A stretch of 64,000 bases of DNA from a virus: positions 8,918-72,917 of the IMG/VR virus record IMGVR_UViG_3300050821_003843, one strand, 5' to 3'. Made by a program: the position numbers and the translations under genes. The notes below the pieces were generated by a model. The model had not been told where the DNA came from, did no database searches, and worked only from the letters and a program-made list of their open reading frames with translations. Positions 46,392-55,409 of the stretch are shown here, in pieces (the stretch's first letter is position 1; the number at the start of each line of letters is the position of its first letter).

Positions 46392-49256
46392 GTGCAGATA
46401 CACAATTCAAATCCTGAAGGTCACAATCAGTATTCCAATGTGTCTAAAGTTGCCGCTAAAGACCATATCCATGATACTGGCAAAAATGGGGTGGTTAGTT
46501 ATCTAGTAAACAAGCCAGATAGTTATTACCACAGAAAAACCGGCACGTTAGAGGCAGTTAGAGGGGGTCGACTGCGTTTATTGATGCAGACTGAAGATAA
46601 GCACGGCAACAAAACTCAAACATCTTGGCACTTCTATCCACATGAATTGACACTTCACAAAGTCACTCCAATTACAAATCGAGAATTACCACAATTAGAA
46701 TATCTTGTACAGAACCTGTCTAATGCCAAGTATAGACATGAGACGCTAAACGGTCGTAAACACATCGTTGTCCCCATGACGATGATTGTTCCCGGAGTTC
46801 TCAACGGTTCTAAGGGTTCTTTATTTTACCCCGAAGAGGAAGTTGGTAAAGATCCAACACCTTGGAACGGGATGCCGATTACCGTCTATCACCCGATTCG
46901 TAACGGGAAGAACGTCAGCGCTAAGACTGACGGTATTCTCGATGAACAAGGGATAGGTGAAGTTCGCAAAGCCAAGACCGATGGTAAACTCCGTGCAGAA
47001 GCGTGGATTGACATCGACAAAGCGAATAAGGTTGACCCACGTGTGATTCAAAATATCCAACGTGGTTTACCAACCGAAATCTCGACTGGGCTCTATACCA
47101 AAAACTCGCCAGCGCCCAAGGGGTCACACCACAACGGCAAACCCTACGAATGGATTGCTCGTGAGTATAGACCTGACCACTTGGCGATTCTACCTGACCA
47201 AAAAGGAGCATGTAGTGTGAATGACGGTTGTGGATTGGGCGTGAATGCTGAAGTAGATGAAGAGCCAATTGACAACGATTGGGCTAAATCATTGTTCCCA
47301 ACAGGGGAGAAGGAGTTTGTCTTGAAGCGGTTAGAAACTAATTCCAACCCAGAGGGGCATAATCAGTGGACGCATGGTGGTGTAACTGTCCATTTTTCTG
47401 GTGACACCTTCAAAGCTAAAGCATCTTTGAAAGACAAGGGCTTTAAATACGATGGTGACAATAAGAGATGGAGTAAAGATTTCGTAAAGGGACAGCATCC
47501 ATTACATGTAAATTCACTCCATGATGCCAAAGGCAACTTTCAAGACACGCCAGAAGGTATGCATAAGACAATCAAGTATCTTGCCAAGTCAGATAAAGTT
47601 CACATGGAATTGGAGCATCATCCAGTGTCAAATCAAGAACTAGAAATTAACTCATTCTCAGATTACAAGTGTTCTGGCGCTGAATGCAAGATGAAGTCTG
47701 AAACGGCTAACGCTCACTCAGAACTCGCAGATAAGACCGAACGTGAGAGTGACCATGCGAAAGCTGCGAGGATGCATCAAGATGCCAGTGCAGCATACAT
47801 GAGTCACGAATCAGGTGCGAAGGTTGATAAAGCAGCAGAGCACAGTACAAAAGCCGCAGAACATGCTGAAAAGGCTGGTACTAGCTTTGTGTCGTACAAC
47901 GAAGAACACGAAGAAGTTGAGAATGGTGGTCCAGGTAGTGGCCCACATCCACATATTGCTCTAGCTGTAGCTCATGCAAGAACTGCTTTGAACTACACTA
48001 GCGGACATCATACTGATAGTGACGTCTATGGTGCTCGTCTAAAAAATGCTAAATCAGGAGTCAGCCTTTCTGAAGTCGCTCAAACAGCCTCTCATTCAGC
48101 CCTAAAAGATAAAACTAGCTTGGGACACGACAAAGCAGCTTATGCGCATAATGAGGCAATGCAGACACATTCAAAAGCAATGGTTTTGCATGCCGATTCT
48201 GGTGCAGGCCACAAAGAAGCCTATCTTGCTCATGAAAAAGCCAGAGATTCACATTCGATTATGAAAAAATTCCATAGAGGTGCTTCTGCTTCACTGTCAC
48301 ACAATTCACAGGAACCAGATATGGATTTTGCAAATAACGGTGGACCCGGATCAGGACCACATCCCGGACAGATACACTCAATCAGTCATTTAGCTAATGA
48401 GAAATCTACGGCGGCTGATAATGCAACAAACAAGTTCAGAGCTAATTCTTCTATTGCAAATAAGCAAACAGCAATAGAGCACCACCAGACCGCGTTGTCT
48501 CTTCATAAGATGTCAAAAGAAGGACATAAGGAACTTGGTAATAAAGGATTGAGGGAACATCATTCTGCACAGGTTCTTCATCACACAAAACAACTCGCAT
48601 ACTTGTCAAAAGCTCCAACAAACAATTCCGACGATCCTGAAGGTTCGTCATTTAACTCCAATGAAGAAGGAGAAACTATGGCGAAACTGACGGCCAATCA
48701 ACGAAGTCAGATTATCAACAAACTCACGTCAGACAAGGGGTGTGGTTGCTATACGGCAAACGATGCTGATTATCTGCAATCACAATCTGATGAACGACTG
48801 AACGAACTTGCTATCAATGCTGAAGAGCATTTGACACACAATGAAGAAAGGGAAGAGCCAGTGGCTAAGGTAATGACAGCACAAGAATACATGGACGCAG
48901 CCCCACCAGAAATCCAGCAGATCATTGCAAATGCGGCTGAGATCATGCGTACCGAAAAGGCTGGCATCATTGCCAAGCTGGTGGCAAACATCAGTGACGC
49001 AGCGAAGAAAGCATCAATGACCACGATGCTAGAATCGAAGACGTTACCAGAAGTTAAAACCTATGCCGAACTGGCTGAATTGGCTGCGCCTAAGCCTGTC
49101 GAAAATACGCGACGTACTGTCTATGGTCCATTGGGTAATACTCCAATCGTGACGGATAATGCTGGTAAGGATACCGATGCCGAAGAAATGACTCCATCAC
49201 GATTCGATTGGAATGAAGTGGCACGGATTCCCGGCTTGGCAACCTCCAAGAACTGA
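46392..49256 (+). CDS. Prohead protease (DUF2213-like) polyprotein with inserted modules and C-terminal scaffold
   Basis: W.G.PIT..HP, EISTG, PDHLAILP...GACS..DGCG; repeated SNPEGHNQ and GGPGSGPHP modules. Confidence 0.8.
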   Translation: MQIHNSNPEGHNQYSNVSKVAAKDHIHDTGKNGVVSYLVNKPDSYYHRKTGTLEAVRGGRLRLLMQTEDKHGNKTQTSWHFYPHELTLHKVTPITNRELPQLEYLVQNLSNAKYRHETLNGRKHIVVPMTMIVPGVLNGSKGSLFYPEEEVGKDPTPWNGMPITVYHPIRNGKNVSAKTDGILDEQGIGEVRKAKTDGKLRAEAWIDIDKANKVDPRVIQNIQRGLPTEISTGLYTKNSPAPKGSHHNGKPYEWIAREYRPDHLAILPDQKGACSVNDGCGLGVNAEVDEEPIDNDWAKSLFPTGEKEFVLKRLETNSNPEGHNQWTHGGVTVHFSGDTFKAKASLKDKGFKYDGDNKRWSKDFVKGQHPLHVNSLHDAKGNFQDTPEGMHKTIKYLAKSDKVHMELEHHPVSNQELEINSFSDYKCSGAECKMKSETANAHSELADKTERESDHAKAARMHQDASAAYMSHESGAKVDKAAEHSTKAAEHAEKAGTSFVSYNEEHEEVENGGPGSGPHPHIALAVAHARTALNYTSGHHTDSDVYGARLKNAKSGVSLSEVAQTASHSALKDKTSLGHDKAAYAHNEAMQTHSKAMVLHADSGAGHKEAYLAHEKARDSHSIMKKFHRGASASLSHNSQEPDMDFANNGGPGSGPHPGQIHSISHLANEKSTAADNATNKFRANSSIANKQTAIEHHQTALSLHKMSKEGHKELGNKGLREHHSAQVLHHTKQLAYLSKAPTNNSDDPEGSSFNSNEEGETMAKLTANQRSQIINKLTSDKGCGCYTANDADYLQSQSDERLNELAINAEEHLTHNEEREEPVAKVMTAQEYMDAAPPEIQQIIANAAEIMRTEKAGIIAKLVANISDAAKKASMTTMLESKTLPEVKTYAELAELAAPKPVENTRRTVYGPLGNTPIVTDNAGKDTDAEEMTPSRFDWNEVARIPGLATSKN
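48678..49256 (+). CDS. Nested in-frame scaffold protein
   Basis: Internal AAGGAG-N5-ATG; helical and acidic; typical nested-scaffold position. Confidence 0.5.
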   Translation: MAKLTANQRSQIINKLTSDKGCGCYTANDADYLQSQSDERLNELAINAEEHLTHNEEREEPVAKVMTAQEYMDAAPPEIQQIIANAAEIMRTEKAGIIAKLVANISDAAKKASMTTMLESKTLPEVKTYAELAELAAPKPVENTRRTVYGPLGNTPIVTDNAGKDTDAEEMTPSRFDWNEVARIPGLATSKN

Positions 49257-49305
49257 TTTCACCCTTTGTGGTTTTCTGTTTATTCAACTTTAGTAGGAGA
49301 TAACG

Positions 49306-49800
49306 ATGAAGGGTGCTGAAATCCTTATCAATGGGAATCAACCTAATGGGCGATTTCTTGAAGGTACTGTGAGTGGTACGCCTGCGCCGGGTACGTGTAT
49401 GGAGGTTCTGCCAGCCACGGAACCCGTCAATGGTCGATTTACTTATCGCGCGTGTACGTCTGGTAGTAACGGTGATTCACGACCGACAACGGTGCTACTC
49501 GAAGACGCACTACAAGGCGTGACCCCGGATATCAATGGTGCAAATACCTACGTTAATGGAGCACGGTGCTTCCTCTATGTCCCTGTACCGGGGGATGAAC
49601 TGAACATGCTGGTGGAAAACATTAGTGGTACTGGAGACAGTCACGCGATTGGTGACTTACTCATGATTGACCGTGCTACAGCCGGTAATCATGGAAAGTT
49701 GCTGGTCCAAGACTCGGCCGGTCATAGTGCCCCATTTACATGTATGGAAACGAGTACGGGACTGACTGTTGATACTTTGCTGGCTTGTCGATTCGGCTGA
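49306..49800 (+). CDS. Head decoration (cement) protein
   Basis: PG, ED.LQG, PGD..N.L and GD.L motifs; between scaffold and MCP. Confidence 0.7.
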   Translation: MKGAEILINGNQPNGRFLEGTVSGTPAPGTCMEVLPATEPVNGRFTYRACTSGSNGDSRPTTVLLEDALQGVTPDINGANTYVNGARCFLYVPVPGDELNMLVENISGTGDSHAIGDLLMIDRATAGNHGKLLVQDSAGHSAPFTCMETSTGLTVDTLLACRFG

Positions 49801-49852
49801 TTCCTTTGCGGGTTGACCGCAGTAAATTTCTCAATCCCTTAGGAGGTGTATT

Positions 49853-51088
49853 ATTCTAACCCAAGACTTTATTTTGAATGGGGAAACTCATGGTGAGTTT
49901 GCCGAACTGTTGCCAGGACTGCGATTTGACGTGGGTATGATGAAGCCCTTTTTCGACTCACGCAATCAACGGTGTGTAGTTGTGAATAGTGGTCGTAAGG
50001 TGTATTCTGAAACTTTGAAAGAATACGTCCCGATCTACGAAAAGAAACTCATCAAGGATCTAGTTGCGAATGGCATCGAATCACCAGTCTTCAACGATAC
50101 TACCTTGCGTAAGCAGGAATGGATTGAGTTGGATAAGGTGATTCTCCGTGCTGCACGATATCGGTTGCGAGCATGGGCAGACCTTGCGGCGCAATCGTCA
50201 TTCGGCGGATTCGACGGTATGTCGAAAATGGTTCTCGAACACGAAACCATGTCAGATCCCGGTGAAGCAGTTCAGGATATGGATGGCTTGGCGGATGGTC
50301 GTGCGGATACACCACGTTACCAACTGCAAGGCTTGCCACTACCAATTACCCATGCAGACTTTTGGTATTCCAAACGTCGCCTGATGTTGTCACGCAACAC
50401 GGGTACGCCATTGGACACCACGATGGGTGAGTCTGCTAGTCGTCGTGTAGCAGAAATGATTGAACGTAGCCTCATTGGTAACTCCACGGGGATTACCTAT
50501 GGTGGAGCTAACAATCCAAGTTATGGTCGTACATCCACGGTGTATGGTTATACGAACTTCCCCGCTCGATTGACGTACTCAGCAGCCCATGCGCCAACAG
50601 AAGGTTCATGGACTCCTGCGACGCTATTGGCTGACGTATTGGCCGTGAAGCAGTTGTTGATTAACAACAAATTCTATGGTCCATACATGATGTACACGTC
50701 AACGGATTGGGACAAGTATCTCGACAACGATTACTACGTCAGCATCACGTCGGGGGCAGTGGCACCAACCAAAACCTTGCGTGAGCGATTACGTGAGATT
50801 GATGGGATTCAAGACGTACGTCGTTTGGATCTGTTCTTCGCCAGTGCTCCAACGGCTGGTGGTCCAGGATATGCGAACTTGGGTTTGACCCTCAATCCAT
50901 TCACGTTCATTCTGGTACAGATGACACCAGATGTTGCCCGTGCGGTGAATGGTATGGATATCAGTACCATTCAATGGGAATCTCACGGTGGATTGAGATT
51001 GAACTTCAAGGTTCTGGCAATTCAGGTTCCACAACTCCGTGCTGACTATTACAACAACTGTGGGATCGCCCAAGCCACGGTAACTTGA
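49853..51088 (+). CDS. Major capsid protein (HK97 fold, linocin/encapsulin-like), probable AUU start
   Basis: TLR..EW..LD, PLPI.H.D, R.VAE..E, YGYTNFP, YGPY; perfect AGGAGGT 5 nt before ATT 49853. Confidence 0.88.
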   Translation: MLTQDFILNGETHGEFAELLPGLRFDVGMMKPFFDSRNQRCVVVNSGRKVYSETLKEYVPIYEKKLIKDLVANGIESPVFNDTTLRKQEWIELDKVILRAARYRLRAWADLAAQSSFGGFDGMSKMVLEHETMSDPGEAVQDMDGLADGRADTPRYQLQGLPLPITHADFWYSKRRLMLSRNTGTPLDTTMGESASRRVAEMIERSLIGNSTGITYGGANNPSYGRTSTVYGYTNFPARLTYSAAHAPTEGSWTPATLLADVLAVKQLLINNKFYGPYMMYTSTDWDKYLDNDYYVSITSGAVAPTKTLRERLREIDGIQDVRRLDLFFASAPTAGGPGYANLGLTLNPFTFILVQMTPDVARAVNGMDISTIQWESHGGLRLNFKVLAIQVPQLRADYYNNCGIAQATVT

Positions 51089-51139
51089 TCGAGTGTGCTT
51101 CTATGAAAGAAGACATATGTGGATGACTAGGAGAATGTA

Positions 51140-51340
51140 ATGAAAGAAAAGAAACTGAAAACAGACGCCAATGTAGTTGTAAGGAAGTTCAAATGTCTTG
51201 CAACTCACACGGAAATCAAGACTGATGAAGACGGGGATGAGACTCAAATCGACTATAAGATCGGTGATATCATCGAATCTCCAGTCGATTTGGTTAAACA
51301 ATTCCCCGGCAAGTTTGAGTTGGTAGAGGATAAGAAGTGA
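51140..51340 (+). CDS. Small head-associated protein
   Basis: Y..GD..ES..DL...F..KF motif, echoed in 51636-52130. Confidence 0.5.
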   Translation: MKEKKLKTDANVVVRKFKCLATHTEIKTDEDGDETQIDYKIGDIIESPVDLVKQFPGKFELVEDKK

Positions 51341-51516
51341 TGTCCAAACTCGTTTCCATCATGACGTTGTTCTGTGTCTTACTTGTGATGGTCCAAGCCG
51401 TTCAGGCACGTCATCATAAGCACAAACACCGTACCAGCGTGTACGTGACAACCGTTGCCCCTGTCGTGACGACACACACGACAACCACTTCGATTCGTAC
51501 GATGCGAATTCGATAG
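51340..51516 (+). CDS. Small secreted peptide (not in ORF track)
   Basis: Sec-type signal ending AVQA, then RHHKHKHR and a Thr-rich tail. Confidence 0.5.
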   Translation: MSKLVSIMTLFCVLLVMVQAVQARHHKHKHRTSVYVTTVAPVVTTHTTTTSIRTMRIR

Positions 51517-51532
51517 CTTGCCGTCCCAGCGC

Positions 51533-51595
51533 AGCCACTGACCTTTAAGCAAGGGCTTTGTGTCAACTTTCACCTAAGCTTAGGGGTCAGTGGTT
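51533..51595 (+). ncRNA. Long hairpin with loop antisense to the GAAAG(T)TGACAC RBS class
   Basis: 18-bp stem with G-U pairs; AGG/CCT-closed loop GCTTTGTGTCAACTTTCA. Confidence 0.6.
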
Positions 51596-51635
51596 TTCTA
51601 ACAATGAAATGTGACAAATACACTAAGGATTCAAA

Positions 51636-52130
51636 ATGACAGCTACTATGCAACGTCCTATTCCTCACAATGTCGAAGGTCGTCCCCTCTACAAGTTCCG
51701 CTGTAACATTGGTCAATGTGTGGCCGTGAACAAACTGGGTGAAGCAATGATGTACGATCAAGGCCAACGAATTGAAACCCCTACGCATCTCACTAAGAGA
51801 TTCGGTCAGGAAAAATTTACTCGCCTGAGTGATAGTGATCCAGTTGATGAGGGTCGATTGTTCGTGGCAGAAATGGACGCTAAAGCCCTTGAAGATCTGA
51901 ACAAGGATGATACAAACGAGTATCGTCATCACACGCCAGAAGCCCCACCATCTCCATTCGATGAGGATCGGGAATCGGGTATCGCGGCAACTTATAAGAG
52001 TATGTCGATTGATGACCTGACGAAGATTGCTCGTGATGAGGAGATTCCTTTGGGTACTGCCAAAACCAAGAAGGACATCATCAACAAGATCATGGATCAT
52101 AACAACTTGGCAGCGCCACAAAACCAATAA
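51636..52130 (+). CDS. Head-associated protein with C-terminal Rho_N/HeH-like domain
   Basis: MSI.DL..IA....I......K.DII..I. Confidence 0.6.
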   Translation: MTATMQRPIPHNVEGRPLYKFRCNIGQCVAVNKLGEAMMYDQGQRIETPTHLTKRFGQEKFTRLSDSDPVDEGRLFVAEMDAKALEDLNKDDTNEYRHHTPEAPPSPFDEDRESGIAATYKSMSIDDLTKIARDEEIPLGTAKTKKDIINKIMDHNNLAAPQNQ

Positions 52131-52168
52131 TTTGGTTATTCGCTCCGCAAAACCAGTGAGGTTCGTTG

Positions 52169-52561
52169 ATGTCACGTACCAGTCCCACAGCAGTACAGAA
52201 CATCCTTGGCACAGAATACGACGTGACGAATCGTCCATCACTCAATGGATTCATCGACACGGCCTCAGCAGACGTAGATGACGTATTGGCTAATGATGTT
52301 CAAGGATTGATGACACCCAATAGGCTGGAACTTATTGAACGTTGGCTGGCGGCACACTACTACCAGATTAGTGACCCCGGATATAAGTCAAGGACGACAG
52401 CGGGGGCAAGTGGTTCGTTCAATGGGGAAACCACAATGGTATTTATGTCAACTCGGTACGGTCAACAGGCATGCGCAATAGATTCTACTGGTTGGCTGGC
52501 GAAACGAAGTGATGAAGTCACTAAGGGTTCACGTCGAATGGTCCAGTTCTTTGTAGGATAA
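52169..52561 (+). CDS. Head-tail adaptor
   Basis: IE.WLAAH, ST.YGQ.A...D..G.L. Confidence 0.7.
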   Translation: MSRTSPTAVQNILGTEYDVTNRPSLNGFIDTASADVDDVLANDVQGLMTPNRLELIERWLAAHYYQISDPGYKSRTTAGASGSFNGETTMVFMSTRYGQQACAIDSTGWLAKRSDEVTKGSRRMVQFFVG

Positions 52562-52566
52562 CAATT

Positions 52567-52917
52567 ATGAATCGTCGATCATTTGTTGGTTTGTGTGTGT
52601 CTGCTATTGCTATGCTTCCATTGACTGGCTTAGCAAGTACTCCGGATAAGATGAAATTAACAATCCATCACGAACCAGAACATGGATGGACTAGAGTTAC
52701 TGGTTCTTTTGAAGCCAAAAAGAAATTCCATCATGTCTGGCAAACCAAACTTTGGCCAGAATGGCAACAGCATATGCGTCCAATGGAAGAACGAACTTCT
52801 TTTCTATGGAACATGATGGAAGGCTATGATGCTTTGTTTTCAACGCGATCAAAAGAGTGTGCTAGTGCTCTTGAGTTTGCGATTAAAAATTGTGGTTGTG
52901 TAATCACAGTTATCTAA
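52567..52917 (+). CDS. Tat-signal protein
   Basis: MNRRSF followed by a hydrophobic stretch. Confidence 0.55.
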   Translation: MNRRSFVGLCVSAIAMLPLTGLASTPDKMKLTIHHEPEHGWTRVTGSFEAKKKFHHVWQTKLWPEWQQHMRPMEERTSFLWNMMEGYDALFSTRSKECASALEFAIKNCGCVITVI

Positions 52918-52927
52918 TGGATAAACT

Positions 52928-53293
52928 ATGCCACCCTTAGAAACTTGTGACTTGAGACAGACTGCCGTGTTATGGAATGTAACGGGGCAGGATCGACATG
53001 GGAAACCAACAGTTTCCAATCCTATTCAAATTCGAGTCAGGTGGGTGTTAAATGACAGTCAAGTTGTTGATCCATTTGGGAACACTGTGGCATCTAGTGG
53101 AACTGTCATCACTGACCGTCCCATTGATAACATGGCTCTTATGTGGTTAGGTAAGTTAGTCGATTTACCATCACCTCCAACGGATATCCATCAGGTGATT
53201 AAGGTGAACACCACACCAGACATCAAGAATCGGAATACTCGATTCGACTACATTCTGATGCGATATGCACAAGCCCTACCAACGACGGGTTAA
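52928..53293 (+). CDS. Head closure/stopper protein
   Basis: Q.AV.W...G.D..G.P....P..I..RW. Confidence 0.65.
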   Translation: MPPLETCDLRQTAVLWNVTGQDRHGKPTVSNPIQIRVRWVLNDSQVVDPFGNTVASSGTVITDRPIDNMALMWLGKLVDLPSPPTDIHQVIKVNTTPDIKNRNTRFDYILMRYAQALPTTG

Positions 53294-53296
53294 ATC

Positions 53297-53740
53297 ATGG
53301 AAGTCAAACTTGATCTACTGGGTAGTGACAGTCTCAAAAAGAAGTTGTTAGCGATTGCGCAAAAGTATGGTCAACCCGATCAAGTCAGCGTGACAGTTGG
53401 GTTTACTCAACGCTATGCAATCTACGTACACGAGGTACAAGCGAAACACGTAGTCGGTCAATGGAAGTACCTTGAAACACCCGCTAGAGGGATGACTCGA
53501 CAAACTTGCCGCACGATTGAAACAGCATTACGTAGAGGAGCTCCTATGCTCCAAGCCCTGATGCTGGCAGGACTGGGGATTCAACGTGCTGCACAGATAC
53601 TGACGCCAGTCGATACAAGTGCACTAAAAGCAAGCGCCTTTACCTGCCCGACACAAGATGTAGAGTCAGTCAGTCAAGCGGCTTTTCAAACATCAGAACA
53701 GATTCGACTCGCCCAACAGAGTACAAAACCTAATCCATAG
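53297..53740 (+). CDS. Neck protein (HK97 gp10-like)
   Basis: YAIYVHE, KYLE.P, PVDT..L..S. Confidence 0.7.
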   Translation: MEVKLDLLGSDSLKKKLLAIAQKYGQPDQVSVTVGFTQRYAIYVHEVQAKHVVGQWKYLETPARGMTRQTCRTIETALRRGAPMLQALMLAGLGIQRAAQILTPVDTSALKASAFTCPTQDVESVSQAAFQTSEQIRLAQQSTKPNP

Positions 53741-53750
53741 AAAGTGACAA

Positions 53751-54164
53751 ATGGCCGGAGTTATTAACGGACAAGCAACCGCGATTGCGAATAGACTGAG
53801 TAGTGAGGATAACACCAAGTTCCCTATTGCTCTCATCATTCCAATCGCATCACTCTTACTCCAGTTCTTGGGTGATTGTTGGAAAAATGCTCCTCCAGCG
53901 GGTGTACCGGGCAGTATCAACCCGAGTGATTACATTCGAGATCACTACGATCCAGCAACCGATACCTTCGAGGATGTGATTGTCGGGCAAGTGAGAGGAC
54001 AGACACGTCGTTCTATCAGAATCAATGCTCGCACAAATGGTTCACCACGATTGAACACATTCACGCAAGACGAAATCAATCAACTCAGTGTTGAAGCATT
54101 GAAACAAGTGATGAATACTCCACAAGTCTCTGCCAGTTGTTTGGCAGAAATTGATAACCACTAA
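53751..54164 (+). CDS. Membrane-associated hypothetical protein
   Basis: GAAAGTGACAA-ATG leader; hydrophobic segment ending in Cys. Confidence 0.5.
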   Translation: MAGVINGQATAIANRLSSEDNTKFPIALIIPIASLLLQFLGDCWKNAPPAGVPGSINPSDYIRDHYDPATDTFEDVIVGQVRGQTRRSIRINARTNGSPRLNTFTQDEINQLSVEALKQVMNTPQVSASCLAEIDNH

Positions 54165-54183
54165 TTAAGAAAGTGACACAAAC

Positions 54184-54501
54184 ATGGATCATCCAACCGT
54201 TACAGTTCAGTCAGGGACACCAGAAGCCCCCACAACACAAACGTTTGTCATCAGTCCAGCCAACATTGCCTTGATTCTACAACAATTGATTAGTGCAGAA
54301 CCTAAGATCGTAGCGATCATGTCAGAACTCGGTCCATTCGCTGCTGTACTACCTGCACCGTTCAATATTCTGAGTAATCCACTAATTCAGGAAGCCGCTA
54401 GTGCCCTCCCTACACTACTGCCTCTATTACAGAACTTGGAAAATATTCTCAATCAAATGGCTCCTCCAGTACCCGTCACACCACCCCCAGTAGCGACTTG
54501 A
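54184..54501 (+). CDS. Hydrophobic Pro-rich hypothetical protein
   Basis: GAAAGTGACACAAAC-ATG leader. Confidence 0.5.
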   Translation: MDHPTVTVQSGTPEAPTTQTFVISPANIALILQQLISAEPKIVAIMSELGPFAAVLPAPFNILSNPLIQEAASALPTLLPLLQNLENILNQMAPPVPVTPPPVAT

Positions 54502-54539
54502 TTGAGTATCTCGTTATTCAGAAAAAGAAAGTTGACAAA

Positions 54540-55409
54540 ATGATTGAAACGACACCCGCCATCCAAACAACTCCGACCCCATTACCAACGTGGGTACAAG
54601 GACTAATTGGTGTATTGATTGCCATTACGGGGGTTTTAGCAGGCCCACATGTACTGCCTAACCTCCAACCTACGCCAAAACCCCCCATAATCACGCCTAA
54701 CGTCACGCCAGTACCAAAACCGAACAATACCCCAACCCCTACACCAATGCCCGCAAAAGCGATTGTAGCGACTGTAAACGGTACAGTTGTACACGGTTTA
54801 GTCGAAGCGGGACAACTTGTCGTGGTGAAGGGTGAAGGCGGTCTGAAAGTCGCTGCAACGTCTTATCCACCAAGTAGTGCCAGTATCCATAAGTTTTCAG
54901 TAGAGGAATTAGCTTGTGTCCTTAAACCCGGTGCAACGCTCCAGGTGGTCGGTTATGAGAACGACTCTGATCCGATCACGATGTCAATTGCAGCGAATCA
55001 GGCACCACAACCTCCACCAGTTAATCCACAACCTAATCCTCAACCACAACCAACCCCTCCAACACCAGTCGATCCAAGTCCTACACCAGTACGCACTGGC
55101 AAGGTACTGATTTCGATTGTTGAAGATCCAAATAATAGACCGCCAGAACTGGCGATGCTCCTATCCAATTTCACCACATGGAATAAGTACAAGGAAGCAG
55201 GCAATGAATGGATCTTGTTTCCACAGAACTCGAAGGAAAATCAAGGTGTTCTCGCTATCAACGCATTGGCAACAAATAATGTATTGGTCCCCGGCATCGT
55301 TATTCAGGATTTGAGTACGAAGGTTGTACTCTATGCTGGTCCTCTCAAAGGGAAAACGATTAAGGATGTAACGGCATTAGTTAATCAATATACGGGAGGA
55401 AATCTATAA
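54540..55409 (+). CDS. TM-anchored Pro-rich protein with thioredoxin-like C-terminal domain
   Basis: TM segment, two Pro/Thr linkers; GAAAGTTGACA leader. Confidence 0.5.
   Translation: MIETTPAIQTTPTPLPTWVQGLIGVLIAITGVLAGPHVLPNLQPTPKPPIITPNVTPVPKPNNTPTPTPMPAKAIVATVNGTVVHGLVEAGQLVVVKGEGGLKVAATSYPPSSASIHKFSVEELACVLKPGATLQVVGYENDSDPITMSIAANQAPQPPPVNPQPNPQPQPTPPTPVDPSPTPVRTGKVLISIVEDPNNRPPELAMLLSNFTTWNKYKEAGNEWILFPQNSKENQGVLAINALATNNVLVPGIVIQDLSTKVVLYAGPLKGKTIKDVTALVNQYTGGNL

Noticed and set aside
49853-51088. Encapsulin/bacteriocin (linocin) gene
   Set aside because: Context (portal, protease, decoration, neck) indicates a phage major capsid protein
51379-52241. Minus-strand ORFs 51379-51573 and 51570-52241 and similar shadow ORFs elsewhere
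   Set aside because: They lie antisense to well-supported genes, with no RBS or recognisable motifs
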